From positions 287,060,001 through 287,124,000 of the forward strand of contig NC_091980.1 in assembly GCF_044704955.1 (NCBI RefSeq): a stretch of 64,000 nt of DNA, given 5' to 3'. The stretch comes from Pristiophorus japonicus. Its lineage: Eukaryota. Positions 1 through 13,018 of this stretch are shown one piece after another. A program made the translations under genes and the position numbers. A model generated the notes under the pieces. The model was given only the letters and a program-made list of their open reading frames with translations, was not told the DNA's origin and did no database searches. How positions within the stretch are numbered: the stretch's first letter is position 1; each line of letters starts with the position of its first letter.

Positions 1-300
1 TTGGTCTCTGCTTGCTCCCGGCGAAAAGACTCGAGGTGTTCAGCACCTTCTCGGATTCTTCTCTTCCACTTTGAGCGGTCTTGGGCCAGGGATTCCCAGA
101 TGTCAGTGGGGATGTTTCATTTTTTCAAGGAGGCTTTGAGGGTGTCCTTGAAGCATTTCCTTTGCCCACCTGGGGCTCACTTGCCGTGTCGGAGCTCTGA
201 GTAGAGCGCTTGTTTTGGGAGTCTCGTATCGGGCATGCAGGCGATGTGGCCCATCCATTGGAGCTGACCGATGCTTCGATGCTGAGGATTTATATCGCGC
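1..300 (-). mobile_element. RTE-clade LINE, 3' ORF fragment
   Basis: Minus-strand peptide LQWMGHIACMPDTRLPKQALYSELRHGK..GGQRKCFKDTLKASLK matches the typical RTE/BovB C-terminus; interrupted by stops. Confidence 0.85.
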
Positions 301-311
301 CATTCCTGAAC

Positions 312-738
312 ACTGGACGTCTCAAAGCACTTTACAGCCAATGAAGTACTTTTTGGGGTGTAGTCACTGTTGTAATGTAGGAAACGCGGCAGCCAATTTG
401 CGCACAAGCAAGCTCACACAATGTCAAAATGACCAGATAATGTGTTTTTTTGTTATGGTGATTGCGGGATAAATATCGGCCAGGGCACCAAGGATAACTC
501 CTCTGCTCGTCTTTGAAATAGTGCTATGGGATCTTTTGCTTGCACTTGAGAGAGCAGACGGAGCCTTAGTTTAACGTCTCATCTGAAAGACAGCACTTCC
601 AACAGTGCAGCACTCCCTCAGCTCTCCACTGGAGCTTCAGCCTAAATTTTGGGGAACTCAAGTCCCTGGAGTGGGACTTGAACCCACACCTTCTAACTCA
701 GAGGCAAGGGTGCTACACACTGAGACACAGCTGACACT
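312..738 (-). mobile_element. DeuSINE (SacSINE1/AmnSINE1-like), near full length
   Basis: On the minus strand: tRNA-like head (GGGTTCAAGTCCC B-box), Deu domain (ATCCCATAGCACTATTTCAAAG...TTATCTGGTCATT) and L2-type tail. Confidence 0.85.
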
Positions 739-1094
739 AATGTAAATGTAAAATCGATGCACAAATAGGGAGTATAGAAGAGAAAATAGGGAAGAAGAGA
801 GAATGCAAAAGAATAGACAAAGTTTAGTGTTTTAAAACATGTAATTTAAAATGTTTATTTTAACAGTATAATATTAATCTTGTAGTGGTAAAGGTATTCA
901 ACATCATAGTGGCATTATTGCTTTAAGTTAGTGAATATTTTACCATCTGAAAATGTTAAAATAAAGGTTGACCCAGGAAAGACAGAATTCCCTGGAGCTG
1001 CTGGAACCTTGCACATCACATTGATAAGGCCACACTTAGACTGTTGTGAGCAATTTTGGGAATCATAAAAAAATAGAAGCGCCACAAAGAATTA

Positions 1095-1290
1095 TTTTGA
1101 GACTTAAGGCGTTGTGTGATATTATCGGACGAGCGCTTAATGCACTTGCATTAAATTCCCCTGTCCATTATTTTAATGAGGCATTAGCACATTTTAAATG
1201 GCTTAATCCATCCGTTAAACGAGCGGACAAAGGAATTGGATATGAACACATTAAGCGTTCGTATAATATCCCACAGAATAATTTTCAGGT
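1095..1290. mobile_element. Degenerate palindromic (foldback) MITE
   Basis: Arm TGTGTGATATTATCGGACGAGCGCTTAATG pairs with downstream CATTAAGCGTTCGTATAATATCCCACA. Confidence 0.55.
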
Positions 1291-1495
1291 TTAAGTTACA
1301 AAGGGAGAGCTACAGAACTGGAGAACAGTGAAAGGCACTAGTGCCAGTGACTATAAATCTCAAGATCTTGGATGTAAACTATCGGCCTCAGGCTTTATTT
1401 CATGTTCTAACCAGAACCAGTCATTCTGGAGTCACCCTGAGTGCTAGTTTAACTTGAGTACATCCCTTACCAAGAGAAGCAGAATATTACCTCAG

Positions 1496-1651
1496 GCAGG
1501 TTGTATATTCAAGACTGAGATCGGTAGGTTTTTGGATAAAAAGGGAATCAAGGGATATGGGGATAGGATAGGAAGGTGGATGTAGAAGTTCAGCCATGAT
1601 CTTATTGAAAGGCAGAGCAGGCTCAAGAGAGACCATATGGCCTAGTCCTGC
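1496..1651 (+). mobile_element. CR1 LINE 3' end (tail resumes at ~3702-3717)
   Basis: AAGGGAATCAAGGGATATGGG...CAGCCATGATCTTATTGAA...GGCCTAGTCCTGCTCC; the TTATGTTCTTATGT tail appears after the nested inserts. Confidence 0.75.
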
Positions 1652-3701
1652 TCCCACTCTGACCTCTCCATCCTCGGCCTTCTACACTGTTCCAAATAAA
1701 GCTCAACGCAAGCTTGAGAAACAGCACCTCATCTTTCGTTTAGGTTCTGGACTCAACATCGAGTTCAACAATTTCAGACCATAACCTCTGCCCATATTTT
1801 TTTTTCCCTTTCCTTCCTTTTTTTTACAAAGGCCCCCACCCACCCCTTTTTTCTCTCTCTTTCCCATGGCAACTGGTGATGATTCCGCCATTGACGCCCC
1901 ATCTAGACTCATCTTTTACATAAGAACATAAGAATTAGGAACAGGAATAGGCCATCTAGCCCCTCGAGCCTGCACCGCCATTCAACAAGATCATGGCTGA
2001 TCTGGCCGTGGACTCAGCTCCACTTACCCGCCCGCTCCCCATAACCCCTAATTCCCTTATTGGTTAAAAATCTATCTATCTGTGACTTGAATACATTCAA
2101 TGAGCTAGCCTCAACTGCTTCCTTGGGCAGAAAATTCCACAGATTCACAACCCTCTAGGAGAAGAAATTCCTTCTCAACTCAGTTTTAAATTGTCTCCCC
2201 CGTATTTTGAGGCTGTGCCCCTAGTTCTAGTCTCCCCGACCAGTGGAATCAACCTCTCTGCCTCTATCTTGTCTATCCCTTTCATTATTTTAAATGTTTC
2301 TATAAGATCACCCCTCATCCTTCTGAACTCCAACGAGTAAAGACCCAGTCTACTCAATCTATCATCATAAGGTAACCCCCTCATCTCTGGAATCAGCCTA
2401 GTGAATCGTCTCTGTACCCCCTCAAAAGCTAGTATATCCTTCCTTAAGTAAGGTGACCAAAACTGCACACAGTACTCTAGGTGCGGCCTCACCAATACCC
2501 TGTACAGTTGCAGCAGGACCTCCCTGCTTTTGTACTCCATCCCTCTCGCATTGAAGGCCAACATTCCATTCGCCTTCCTGATTACCTGCTGCACCTGCAA
2601 ACTAACTTTTTGGGATTCATGCACAATGACCCCCAGGTCCCTCTGCACTGCAGCATGTTGTAATTTCTCCCCATTCAAATAATATTCTCTTTTACTGTTT
2701 TTTTTTCCAAGGTGAATGACCTCACATTTTCCGACATTGTATTCCATCTGCCAAACCTTAGCCCATTCGCTTAACCTATCTAAATTTCTTTGCAGCCTCT
2801 CTGTGTCCTCTACACAATCCGTTTTCCCACTAATCTTTGTGTCATCTGCTAATTTTGTTACACTACACTCTGTCCCCTCTTCCAGGTCATCTATGTATAT
2901 TGTAAACAGTTGTGGTCCCAGCACCGATCCCTGTGGCACACCACTAACCACCGATTTCCAACCCGAAAAGGACCCATTTATCCCGACTCTCTGCTTTCTG
3001 TTCGCCAGCCAATTCTCTATCCATGCTAATACATTTCCTCTGACTCCGCGTACCTTTATCTTCTGCAGTAACCTTTTGTATGGCACCTTATCGCCTTTTG
3101 GAAATCTAAATACACACATCCATCGGTACACCTCTATCCACCATGCTCGTTATATCCTCAAAGAATTCCAGTAAATTAGTTAAACATGATTTCCCCTTCA
3201 TGAATCCATGTTGCGTCTGCTTGATTGCACTATTCCTATCTAGATGTCCCACTATTTCTTCCTTAATGATAGCTTCAAGCATTTTCCCCACTACAGATGT
3301 TAAACTAACCAGCCTATAGTTACCTGCCTTTTGTCTGCCCCCTTTTTTAAACAGAGGCATTACATTAGCTGCTTTCCAATCCGCTGGTACCTCCCAGAGT
3401 CCAGAGTTTGTTTCCTAACTTGTGCCATTACCATCTCAATTTTGTCCATCATCCTTTTTGTCTCTCAAATCTCTCCTGCCTTCCACCCTATCACAGACCT
3501 TCCCATTTGTTCTTTCCTCCCCTCCCCCTTTCAGTGCCCCTGCACTTCCTTATGAATCTGTTACATCTCAAACTTTTCCAGTTCTGACAAAGGGTCACAG
3601 ACCCGATCTGTTTCTCTTCACTGATGCTGCCTGACCTGCTGAGATTTCCAGCATTTTCTGTTTTTATTTCAGATTCCAGCATCCGCTGTATTTTGCTTCT
3701 G
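1652..3701 (+). mobile_element. Penelope-like element 3' fragment, split by CR1
   Basis: GIY-YIG C-terminal peptide AQRKLEKQHLIFRLG..GLNIEFNNF; 3' end GATGCTGCCTGACCTGCTGAG at 3400-3700. Confidence 0.8.
1918..3401 (-). mobile_element. CR1 LINE, 5'-truncated, RT domain
   Basis: QHGFMKGKSCLTNLLEFF, SGVPQGSVLGP, KLADDT, RPHLEYCVQFWSP; TTCTTATG repeat tail; frameshifted. Confidence 0.95.
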
Positions 3702-4714
3702 ATTATGTTCTTATGTTGTCTCTAAACCATTGCCAGGCCTAGACTTCCCCTTAACTCTCTCAATAGTCTCCAATCCTGAGGTCTTGAATCAAGAGAAAGG
3801 AATGAGTTTTATGCTAAAATGAATAATGTCAGGATTAGGCCTACCTGAAGCCATTTGTGCATGTAGAGCATTATACTCCAACAATGTGAAGGGTTAACCT
3901 TCAGGATGGTCAAACTATTACAAAATCTTTTCTGACAGATTATGCAGGACTTTATTTTTACTAAGAATACCCAATACACAAACTGTCACAACCACAACAG
4001 TTAAATGTGCATATATGAATAAGTAGGGCATACAAAACCTTCGAAATAGCTGTGGTTAGTGGCTAGAGGAATTAGAACTTGCCTTCAAGCAAAAGTGATA
4101 ATAGCTGCCATACTGAATTGCCACATTAGCTTGACTGAATTCATTTTCCCACACTAGGCCGCACAGATTTCATTTACTGAATGGAAATGATGGCCATGTT
4201 TAGAAGAAAAAAAGAGAGACAGAAACAGGCATTCATCTTAAAACAAACCTACAATTTAACTGGCGTCGGAATGTTTGCGGCCACAGTTTATTTAACAGTG
4301 ATAAAATGCACATGCTTGTTAAACCAATGTTGCCACAGACCTTATTCCACATAATAAGCCTTGGATAAGGGTGGGGGGGAGGTACAATGAGCACTTGAAG
4401 GTTATGCTAATGCCCAGTCTCCTATGCAGCTGTTAACGCTACAAGTGAATGGGGCCTAGCTTTGGTCTCTGGGGAGGTCTAGGTTAGGGACAGTTAATGG
4501 AGGTCAGCTGATGACTGTTAATCTTGTGATTATGGCATGCTTCCTGCATCATTACACAGCAACACATTTTTAAATGTTAAGCTGTCGAGGCCAGTTGGCA
4601 TATGACATTGGCTCCTGAGAATTGACCATCACTTTTGGAGATCCGGAAAATTAGTACAAAACACAGACCACAAATCGAAACTGGTCCTCAGTTTACATAG
4701 ATTATGTGGAATTA

Positions 4715-4810
4715 CACAGAAAGTACAGCACAGAAACAGGCCATTCAGCCAAACGAGTCTGTGCCAGTGTTTATGCTCCACGCCCCTCTTCATCTAACCC
4801 CATCTTCGAT
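4715..4810 (-). mobile_element. Old CR1 3' tip
   Basis: ACAGCACAGAAACAGGCCATTCAGCC is the antisense of a CR1 3' end. Confidence 0.5.
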
Positions 4811-5194
4811 CTAGCTTCTGCATTGAGCGTTTATTTTCTTTGACAAATCTTGGTGAAAGCCCAAGCACCATAATAGAGCACAGAGTTCAGGTTAAGAGCA
4901 GGAGAGACGCTAAACCAAGAAATTATGGTTCGGTGATGCCAAGCTGGGGTTTTGAAAGCCTGCAGGCCGGAAGAGAAAGAAAAGACGGAACGAGTTCTGT
5001 AATCTTGAGGAATGAAGGAAAATCATTTGTATTGATTCTGCAGATTCAGATTCCATTCATTTTGATGCTTTCAAAGTTACCTAAAGATCGGACTCCAACA
5101 CATTGTGAGCTGCAGCAGTATTTAATCCAAATCTGCATTTGGAAATTGGGTAAAATTAACATCATATAATAATAAATTGTCCCTAATTGTTTCA

Positions 5195-5376
5195 AAGAAA
5201 GACTTGCATTTATGTAGAGCATTTTACGATCTCAGGACATCCCAAAGCGCTTTACAGCCAATTAAGGACATTTGAAGTGCTATCTATCACTTTTGCAATG
5301 TAGGAATCGTGGCAGCCAATTTTCACGCAGCAAGCTCCCACAAACAGCAATGTGATAATGACCAGATAATCTGTTT
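5195..5376 (-). mobile_element. DeuSINE 3' fragment
   Basis: Matches the tail and Deu domain of the other copies. Confidence 0.75.
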
Positions 5377-5796
5377 AACGATCCAAGTTTGACAGTTTGC
5401 ATTTGCAGAAAAGGATTTTTTTACTTATTAATTACTTAAAATCAGGCCTACTGAACACAAGTCATTAAAAGGGTGAAGTGTACACAGCTTTGCTTTTCTG
5501 AATGAAAGCATGGTATTATTATTTCTGTTCAATAATTTTTTCCTCAAAAATGGAAAGGCAACTCACGCATTTAGTGTGTGAATGTGGTCAGCGACAACCT
5601 GTCAGAGGCTGAGCACGTTGAAGGAGGTGCAGGACCATCAGTCAAAGTGAAGTCAGCTTTTTTGGTTGGGAGGTTAGAAAACAGCTTGCTAATGAGGCCC
5701 TGCCATTACAAATGACCAAGCCTGCCTGCTGCTACTCGCAGTGCAGCGTTCCTGCTCAGGAGTTAAAACCGAGTCCCGTATCATTCAGAATACAGA

Positions 5797-5882
5797 ATGT
5801 CTTGCATTTATATAGCGCCTTTCACGACCTCATGACTTCCCAAAGCGCTTTACAGCCAATGAAGTATTCTGTGAAGTGTAGG
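5797..5882 (-). mobile_element. DeuSINE tail fragment
   Basis: CTTGCATTTATATAGCGCCTTTCACGACCTC...AAAGCGCTTTACAGCCAATGAAGTA. Confidence 0.7.
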
Positions 5883-7169
5883 ATAAAACTATTAATCACA
5901 GATTTATAATTACAAAGAAGCAAAAACAAACAGCAATATATTGTTCAGAAGAATATTTACAAAATAGAAAGATTGCATCGATGCCCCAAATGTTTAATAA
6001 CATCTTCTTCAAAACAATCCAATAAACTGCAGAACTGGTGAAGGACACTGACGTTTGGAGACTTCCTGAAATGATCTTTGTACATGGGTGTGCCGATGTT
6101 CTTGGCTCCCCTCGCAGAGCCTAGCTGTCACCTTTAGACATAACCAAAACTGAAGTGCAGATTCTAGGAATAGCTGCTTTATACATTCACCCATCAAAAG
6201 GCCTCTGGATACAGAACTGCCAATCAAGTCAAATCAAAGAGACAATGGTACGTGCATTGGCTGCATAATGCAATATGAAATGTTGCGATTTACACCTGGC
6301 TCAGGCCGCACGTATCTAAATAATTCTTTGACAAAGCATAATGTGATTTAGCTGTAAGACAGGTTCACCACATCCTGCCTGAACTGCAAATCAAAGGCCC
6401 TGGCCTGCAACTTGCTGAAGTCTTGGCTTCAATCCTCCATTTTGTAACAAAACTAGACAGCTTCCATCTTTACATTAGTTAGTTTAAAAACAACCACATT
6501 ATCGTATATCAAAGATCATAAGGATGAAAGATTATACAATACAGAAAGGCAGACTTTGAAATAGAATGGAGTTCTCCTTCCGTTAAAGTAACTGTCAAAT
6601 TATCGATTAATTTTCATCTTCCTCATTTGTGAAGTGTTTAAATCTGTGCTTGTCTTCTTTCTAATTGGTTATACAAAACCTCCCCCTCCCGCGCCTTCCC
6701 CCCCCCGCCAGGCTCCCGCAGTTTCACATTTCTCACGAAACATATCTCAGCAAAAAAAAAACTACCTTGAGAGACAATGACCATTCCAGGTCATCGCTCA
6801 ACTCATACACTTCTACAAACAAACCCTATAGTATAATAAGTTCATAGAGAATTTTACAATTCAGTAAATTATTAACTCATCCATAAACCTCGCCGATCTG
6901 CCAATTGTTCCAACGACTTCCCACCCCTCCATCAATTCTCAATGTGCATTGGGCTTTGGCTTCACTCTCCCCCAGTACCAGGCCCAGCCCACCCAACTGA
7001 AACCCCGATGGTCTGAGCCAAACAGTGGCACTACATCCCCATGAGCCACCCCAAAGCCCAGCCTTCATCACATTGGATATGCAAAGAGCACCATTGTACA
7101 ATGGGGCCAATACAACCAAGTCAGCCAGAAGCCATTGCAAAACTCCAAGACTGGACTCCATTTACCCAC

Positions 7170-7396
7170 CTTTGCTGCATACCCTTTGATACCCTTGCCA
7201 AAAATCTATCGATCTCAGTCTTGAAAATATCAATTGACACAGCATCCTCAGCCTTTTGAGAAAATAATTTAAACTAACCTTTGTGTGAAAAAGTGCTTCC
7301 TAAATGTCCAAGCTCTAATTTTAAGATCATGCTCTCTTAATCTGCATTCTCCCACCAAGGGAAATGCTTTCTCTGCATCTAGCTTATCGAATCTCT
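7170..7396 (-). mobile_element. Older CR1 3' fragment (continues 11479-11690)
   Basis: Antisense CR1 3' region; resumes after the Penelope insertion with SHLEYCVPFWAPHLRKDI. Confidence 0.7.
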
Positions 7397-7458
7397 GATG
7401 AAAACAGAAAATGCTGGAAATCTCAGCGAGTTAGGCAGCATGTGTGGAGAGGGAGCAG

Positions 7459-7495
7459 AGTTAACGTTTCGGGTCGATGACCCTTCGTCAGAACT
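7459..7495 (-). ncRNA. Minimal type I hammerhead ribozyme (Penelope-associated)
   Basis: Minus strand reads AGUU-CUGACGA-A-GGGUC-AUC-GACCC-GAAA-CGUU-AACU: intact CUGANGA and GAAA cores, stems I and II, palindromic stem III. Confidence 0.75.
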
Positions 7496-9000
7496 GGAGA
7501 GTGTTCGGAAAGAACGGATTCTTAACAAGCACTGAAAGGGGGAGGGGAAGAAAGAACAAAAGGGAAGGTCTGTGATGGGTTGGAAGACAGGAGAGATTAG
7601 TGAGACAAAAGGGATGATGGCCCAAATTCAAATGGTAATGCCTGGTAATGCCAGGAGTTAGGCTCTGGAGAGGAGGAGGGGGTGGGGCGGGGGGGGAAGT
7701 GGAGCCAAAGATTGGCAGCGGCTATGCTCTGAAATTGTTGAACTCGATGTTAAGTCCAGAAGGCTGTAAAGTGCCTAAACGAAAGATGAGGTGCTGTTTC
7801 TCGAGCTTGCGTTGGAACAGTGTAGGAGACCGAGGACGGAGAGGTCAGAGTGGGAATGGAGTGGAGAATTAAAGTGACAGGCGACCAGAAGCTCAGGGTC
7901 ACACTTGTAGACTGAACGGAGGTGCTCCGCAAAGTGGTCACACAATCTACGCTTGGTCTCCCCAATGTAGAGGAGACCATATCGTGAGCAGCGAATACGG
8001 TATACTAAATTGAAAGAAGTACAAGTAAATCGCTGTTTCACCTGGAAGGAGTTTTTGCAGTCCTGGATAGTGGGAAGGGAGGTGGCAAAAGGACAGGTGT
8101 TGCATCTCCTGCGCTTGCACGGAAAGGTGCCGTGGGCAGGGGAGAGGGTGTTGGGGTGATAAGATTTACAAACAGGACTGCCCCGGTAGACCCATCGTTT
8201 CAGCCTGTTCTTGCCTCACGGAACTTATTTCTTCCTATCTCAACTCTATTTTTTCTCCCCTTGTCCACTCTCATCTCCACCTACATCCGCGACTCCTCCG
8301 ATGCCCTCCGTCACTTTAACAGCTTTCAGTTTCCCGGCCACAGCTGTCTCCTTTTCACCATGGACGTCCAATCCCTCTACACTTCCATCCCACATCAGGA
8401 TCGCCTGAGGGCACTCTACTTCTTCCTCGAGCAGAGGCCCAACCAGTCCCCATCCACCACCACCCTTCTCCGCCTGGCTGAACTTGTTCTCACATTGAAC
8501 AACTTCTCCTTTAACTCCATTCATTTCCTCCAAATTAAAGATATTGCTATGTGAATCCGTATGGGTCCTAGCTATGCCTGCCTTTTCGTGGGATATGTGG
8601 AACATTTTTTGTTCCAGTCCTACTCGGGACCCCTCCCTCACCTCTTTTTCCGGTACATTGATGAATCGGAGTTGTTTCCTGCTCTAACCCTGAACTTCAA
8701 AATTTCATTCACTTAGCATCCAATTTCCACCCTTGCCTCACTTTCACATGGTCCATCTCCGACTCTTCCCTTCCCTTCCTCGATTTCTCCGTCTCCATCT
8801 CTGGGGATAGACTTTTAACCAGTTAAGCCAGCTGACTCCCACAGCTACCTGGACTACACTTCCTCCCACCCCGCTTCCTGTAAGGACTCCATTCCATTCT
8901 CCTAGTTTTTTCCATCTCCGTCGCATCTGCTCTGACGATGTCACCTATCACACTCGTGCCTTTGACATGTCTTCCATTTTCCTCAACAGAGGATTCCTCT

Positions 9001-10342
9001 CATAAGAACATAGGAACATAAGAATTAGGAACAGGAATAGGCCATCTAGCCCCTCGAGCCTGCTCCGCCACTCAACAAGATCATGGCTGATCTGGCCGTG
9101 GACTCAGCTCCACTTACCCGCCCGCTCCCCATAACCCTTAATTCCCTAATTGGTTCATAATCTATCTATCTGTGATTTGAATACATTCAAAGAGCTAGCC
9201 TCAATTGCTTCCCTGGGCAGAGAATACCACAGATTCACAACCCTCTGGGAGAAGAAATTCCTTCTCAACTCGGTTTTAAATTGGCTCCCCCGTATTTTGA
9301 GGCTGTGCCCCCTAGTTCTAGTCTCCCCGACCAGTGGAAACAACCTCTCTGCCTCGATCTTGTCTATCCCTTTCATTATTTTAAATGTTTCTATAAGATC
9401 ACCCCTCATCCTTCTGAACTCCAACGAGTAAAGACCCAGTCTACTCAATCTATCATCATAAGGTAACCCCCTCATCTCCGGAATCAGCCTAGTGAATCGT
9501 CTCTGTACCCCCTCCAAAGCTAGTATATCCTTCCTTAAGTAAGGTGACCAAAACTGCACGCAGTACTCCAGGTGCGGCCTTACCAATAGCCTGCACCAAC
9601 AGTTGCAGTAGGACCTCCCTGCTTTTGTACTCCATCCCTCTCGCAATGAAGGCCAACATTCCATTCACCTTCCTGATTACCTGCTGCACGTGCAAACTAA
9701 CTTTTTGGGATTCATGCACAAGGACCCCCAGGTCCCTCTGCACCGCAGCATGTTGTAATTTCTCCCCATTCAAATAATATTCCCTTTTACTGTTTTTTTT
9801 TCCAAGGTGGATGACCTCACATTTTCCGACATTGTATTCCATCTGCCAAATCTTAGCCCATTCGCTTAACCTATCTAAATTTTTTGCAGCTTCTCTGTGT
9901 CCTCTACACAACCCGCTTTCCCACTAATCTTTGTGTCATCTGCTACTTTTGTTACACTACACTCTGTCCCCTCTTCCAGGTCATCTATGTATATTGTAAA
10001 CAGTTGTGGTCCCAGCACCGATCCCTGTGGCACACCACTAACCACCGATTTCCAACCCGAAAAGGACCCATTTATCCCGACTCTCTGCTTTCTGTTTGCC
10101 AGCCAATTCTCGATCCATGCTAATATATTTCCTCTGACTCCGCGTACCTTTATCTTCTGCAGTAACCTTTTGTGTGGCACCTTATCGAATGCCTTTTGGA
10201 TATCTAAATACACCACATCCATCGGTACACCTCTATCCACCATGCTCGTTATATCCTCAAAGAATTCCAGTAAATTAGTTAAACATGATTTCCCCTTCAT
10301 GAATCCATGTTGCATCTGCTTGATTGCACTATTCCTATCTAA
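9001..10342 (-). mobile_element. CR1 LINE, 5'-truncated, nested in the Penelope RT
   Basis: Near-identical by eye to 1918-3401; RT motifs present; the Penelope sequence is continuous on both sides. Confidence 0.95.
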
Positions 10343-11897
10343 TCACCTCCGCTGTGATTAACATGGCCCTCGACCGTATCAGTTCTTTTTCCTGCACCTC
10401 TGCTCTCACCCCTTCCCCTCCCTCTCAGTACCATGACAGGGTTCCCCTTGTCCTCACCTTTCACCCACCAGCCTCCACGTTCAACGGATCAGCCTCTGCC
10501 ATTTCCGCCATCTCCAGCGTGATCCCACCACCAATCACATCTTCCTCTCCCATCCCCTCTCACCATTCTGAAGGGACCGCTCCCTCTCCACACCCTGGTC
10601 CATTCTGCAGTCATCCCCAGCACCCCCTCCCCTTCCCACGGCACCTTCCCGTGCAAGCACAGGAGATGAAACACCTGCCCTTTTACACCCCACGACCCAC
10701 TATCCAGGGCCCCAATACTCCATCCATGTGAAGCAGTGATTTACTTGTACTTCTTTCAATTTAGTATGCTGTATTCGCTGCTCATGATATGGTCTCCTCT
10801 ACATTGGGGAGATCAAGCATAGATTGTGTGACCGCTTTGCTGAACACCTCCATTCAGTCTGCAAGTGTGACCCTGAGCTTCCGGTTGCCTGTCACTTTAA
10901 TTCCCCACTCCACTACCACTCTGATCTCTCCATTTACGGCCTCGTACACTGTCCAACGAAGCTCAATGCAATCTCGAGGAACAGCACCTCATCTTTCGGT
11001 TAAGCACTTTACAGCCTTCTGGACTCAACATTGAGTTCAACAATTTCAGAGCGTAGTCACTGGCAATCTTTGTCTCCCTTCCCCCCGCCCCACTGTCCCC
11101 CCGCAGAGCATGTTTCTTTTTTTCTCCTTGTCTCTAATGGCAGCTGGTCATTATCCCACCATTCACACCCTATCTTGACTAATGTTTTTCTAACTCCTGG
11201 CATTCCCATTTGAATTTGGGCCATCATCCCTTTTGTCTCTCTAATCTCTCCTGTCTTCCAACCTATCACAGACCTTCCCTTTTGTTCTTTCTTCCCCTCC
11301 CCCTTTCAGTGCCTGTTAAGAATCCGCTCTTTCTGAACACTCTCCAGTTCTGACGAAGGATCATCGACCCAAAACGTTAACTCTGCTTCCTCGCCACAGA
11401 TGCTGCCTGATCCGCTGAGATTGCCAGCATTTTCTGTTTTTTTAGAAATTCCAGCATCCTCGGTATTTTGCTTTTCTGTCAAATCTCTTTATCATTTTAA
11501 AGACCTCGATTCGATCACCCCTCAAACTTTGACACTCAAAGGAAAACAAACCAAGTTTGTGCAAACAGTCCTCATAAGCCCTGGTATAATTCTGATGAAT
11601 ATGCGTTAACATCCCCTCGAAGGCCAATATATCTTTCCTGAGGTGTGGTGCCCAAAACGGAACACAGTATTCCAGATGGGACTGGAGGGTTGCCAATTTA
11701 ACACCTTGAAGAAGGGAGAGGGATAAACTGGATAATTATGGACCACTTAAGTCTAACATCTGCTATGCTCAAACACTAGAATCAAGAATTAGTGATTAAA
11801 TTAATGAAAATTTAGAGACGCATGTGATAATCAAGGATAGCCAGCAGAGATCTGGAAACACAATTTTGTAGTTGACCAGTTTAATAGAATTTTTTTG

Positions 11898-12160
11898 AAG
11901 AAACATAGAAAATAGGTGCAGGAGTCGGCCATTCGGCCTTTCAAGCCTGCACCACCATTCAATATGATCATGGCTGATCATGCAACTTCAGTACCCCATT
12001 TCTGCTTTCTCTCCATACCCCTTGATCCCTTTAGCCCTAAGGGCCACATCTAACTCCCTTTTGAATATATCTAACAAACTGGCCTCAACAACTTTCTGTG
12101 GTAGAGAATTCCACAGGTTCACAATTCTCTGAGTGAAGAAGTTTCTCCTCATCTCGGTTC
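11898..12160 (-). mobile_element. CR1 3' end
   Basis: RTEMRRNFFTQRIVNLWNSLP...KGYGEKAEMGY followed by the tail. Confidence 0.9.
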
Positions 12161-12209
12161 TATGCAAGAAGTGGCTGATTGCATTGAAAAAGGAAGTGCA
12201 GGAGATGGC

Positions 12210-13018
12210 GGGGTCAAAATTCCTTGGAACGCAATCCAACGCTAACCCCATTGCAGTATGCTGAGACAGTTCAAGGGCCCCTAATTAGCATGGGCCAGTA
12301 ATTGCCACTACAGGCACATTTTAAGTGTGCACTTAGTCAGTGTGGCCATGAGCTAGTGTGCCCGGCCACTACTGGGAAAGTGGGGGAATGTCCAGGTGTA
12401 CCAACCTCTAGAGATAGCTGTGATTCAGTGGCAGCACTCTCGCCTCTGAGTCAGAAAATTGTGGCTTGAAGTCCCACTCCCGAAGCCTTCAGCACATAAT
12501 ATTGGCTGACTCTTACTGCAGTACTGAGGGAGTGCCATCTTTTGGATGAGACGTTAAACCAAGGCCCTGTCTGTCCTCTCAGGTGGATGTAAAATATCCC
12601 ATGGGACTATTTGAAGAAGAGTGGGGGACTTTTGGTTAATAGTTATCCCTCAACCAACATCACCAAAAAACATGTTTTGGTCATTTATCTCACTGCTGTT
12701 AATGGGGCCTTGCGGTGTGCGAATTGGTTGCCGAATTTCTCTACCTTACAGCAGTGACTAAACTTCAATCGTACTTCATTGGCTATAAAGAAATTTGGAA
12801 CATCCTGAGGTCATGAAAGGCTCTATTATAAATGCAAGTTCTTCCTTTGTAGGGGTGCGTGGAGATTATGCTCTTTAGACGCAAGTTCAAAATCCCAGGA
12901 AACAGCAGACATTGGGTGCAATAGATCTCCTCCATTTTATGGGGCGGGAGGATTTCTGCTGATCCCTCACTGGAGTTCTGGCTGGTTGCCAGTGGAAATC
13001 TTGAAGAATTTTGGCCCC
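12210..13018. mobile_element. Harbinger-type MITE containing a DeuSINE
   Basis: TIRs GGGGTCAAAATTCC / GAATTTTGGCCCC. Confidence 0.6.
12414..12848 (+). mobile_element. DeuSINE, full length
   Basis: tRNA-like head, Deu domain and tail ending ATAAATGCAAGTTCTT. Confidence 0.85.

Larger units (their letters stand above)
7397..11478 (+). mobile_element. Penelope-like element with inverted 3' copy at its 5' side
   Basis: RT motifs TMDVQSLYTSIP, LVLTLNNFSFN and AMxxRMGPSYACLF; GIY-YIG CTSFNLVYCIRCS..LLYIGE. 7397-8160 is an inverted copy of ~10615-11440. TSD TCGAATCTCT (7387-7396) / TCAAATCTCT (11479-11488). Confidence 0.9.

Noticed and set aside
2716-3174. 152-aa plus-strand ORF and similar ORFs (9897-10361, 16115-16450)
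   Set aside because: Antisense shadows of CR1 ORF2.
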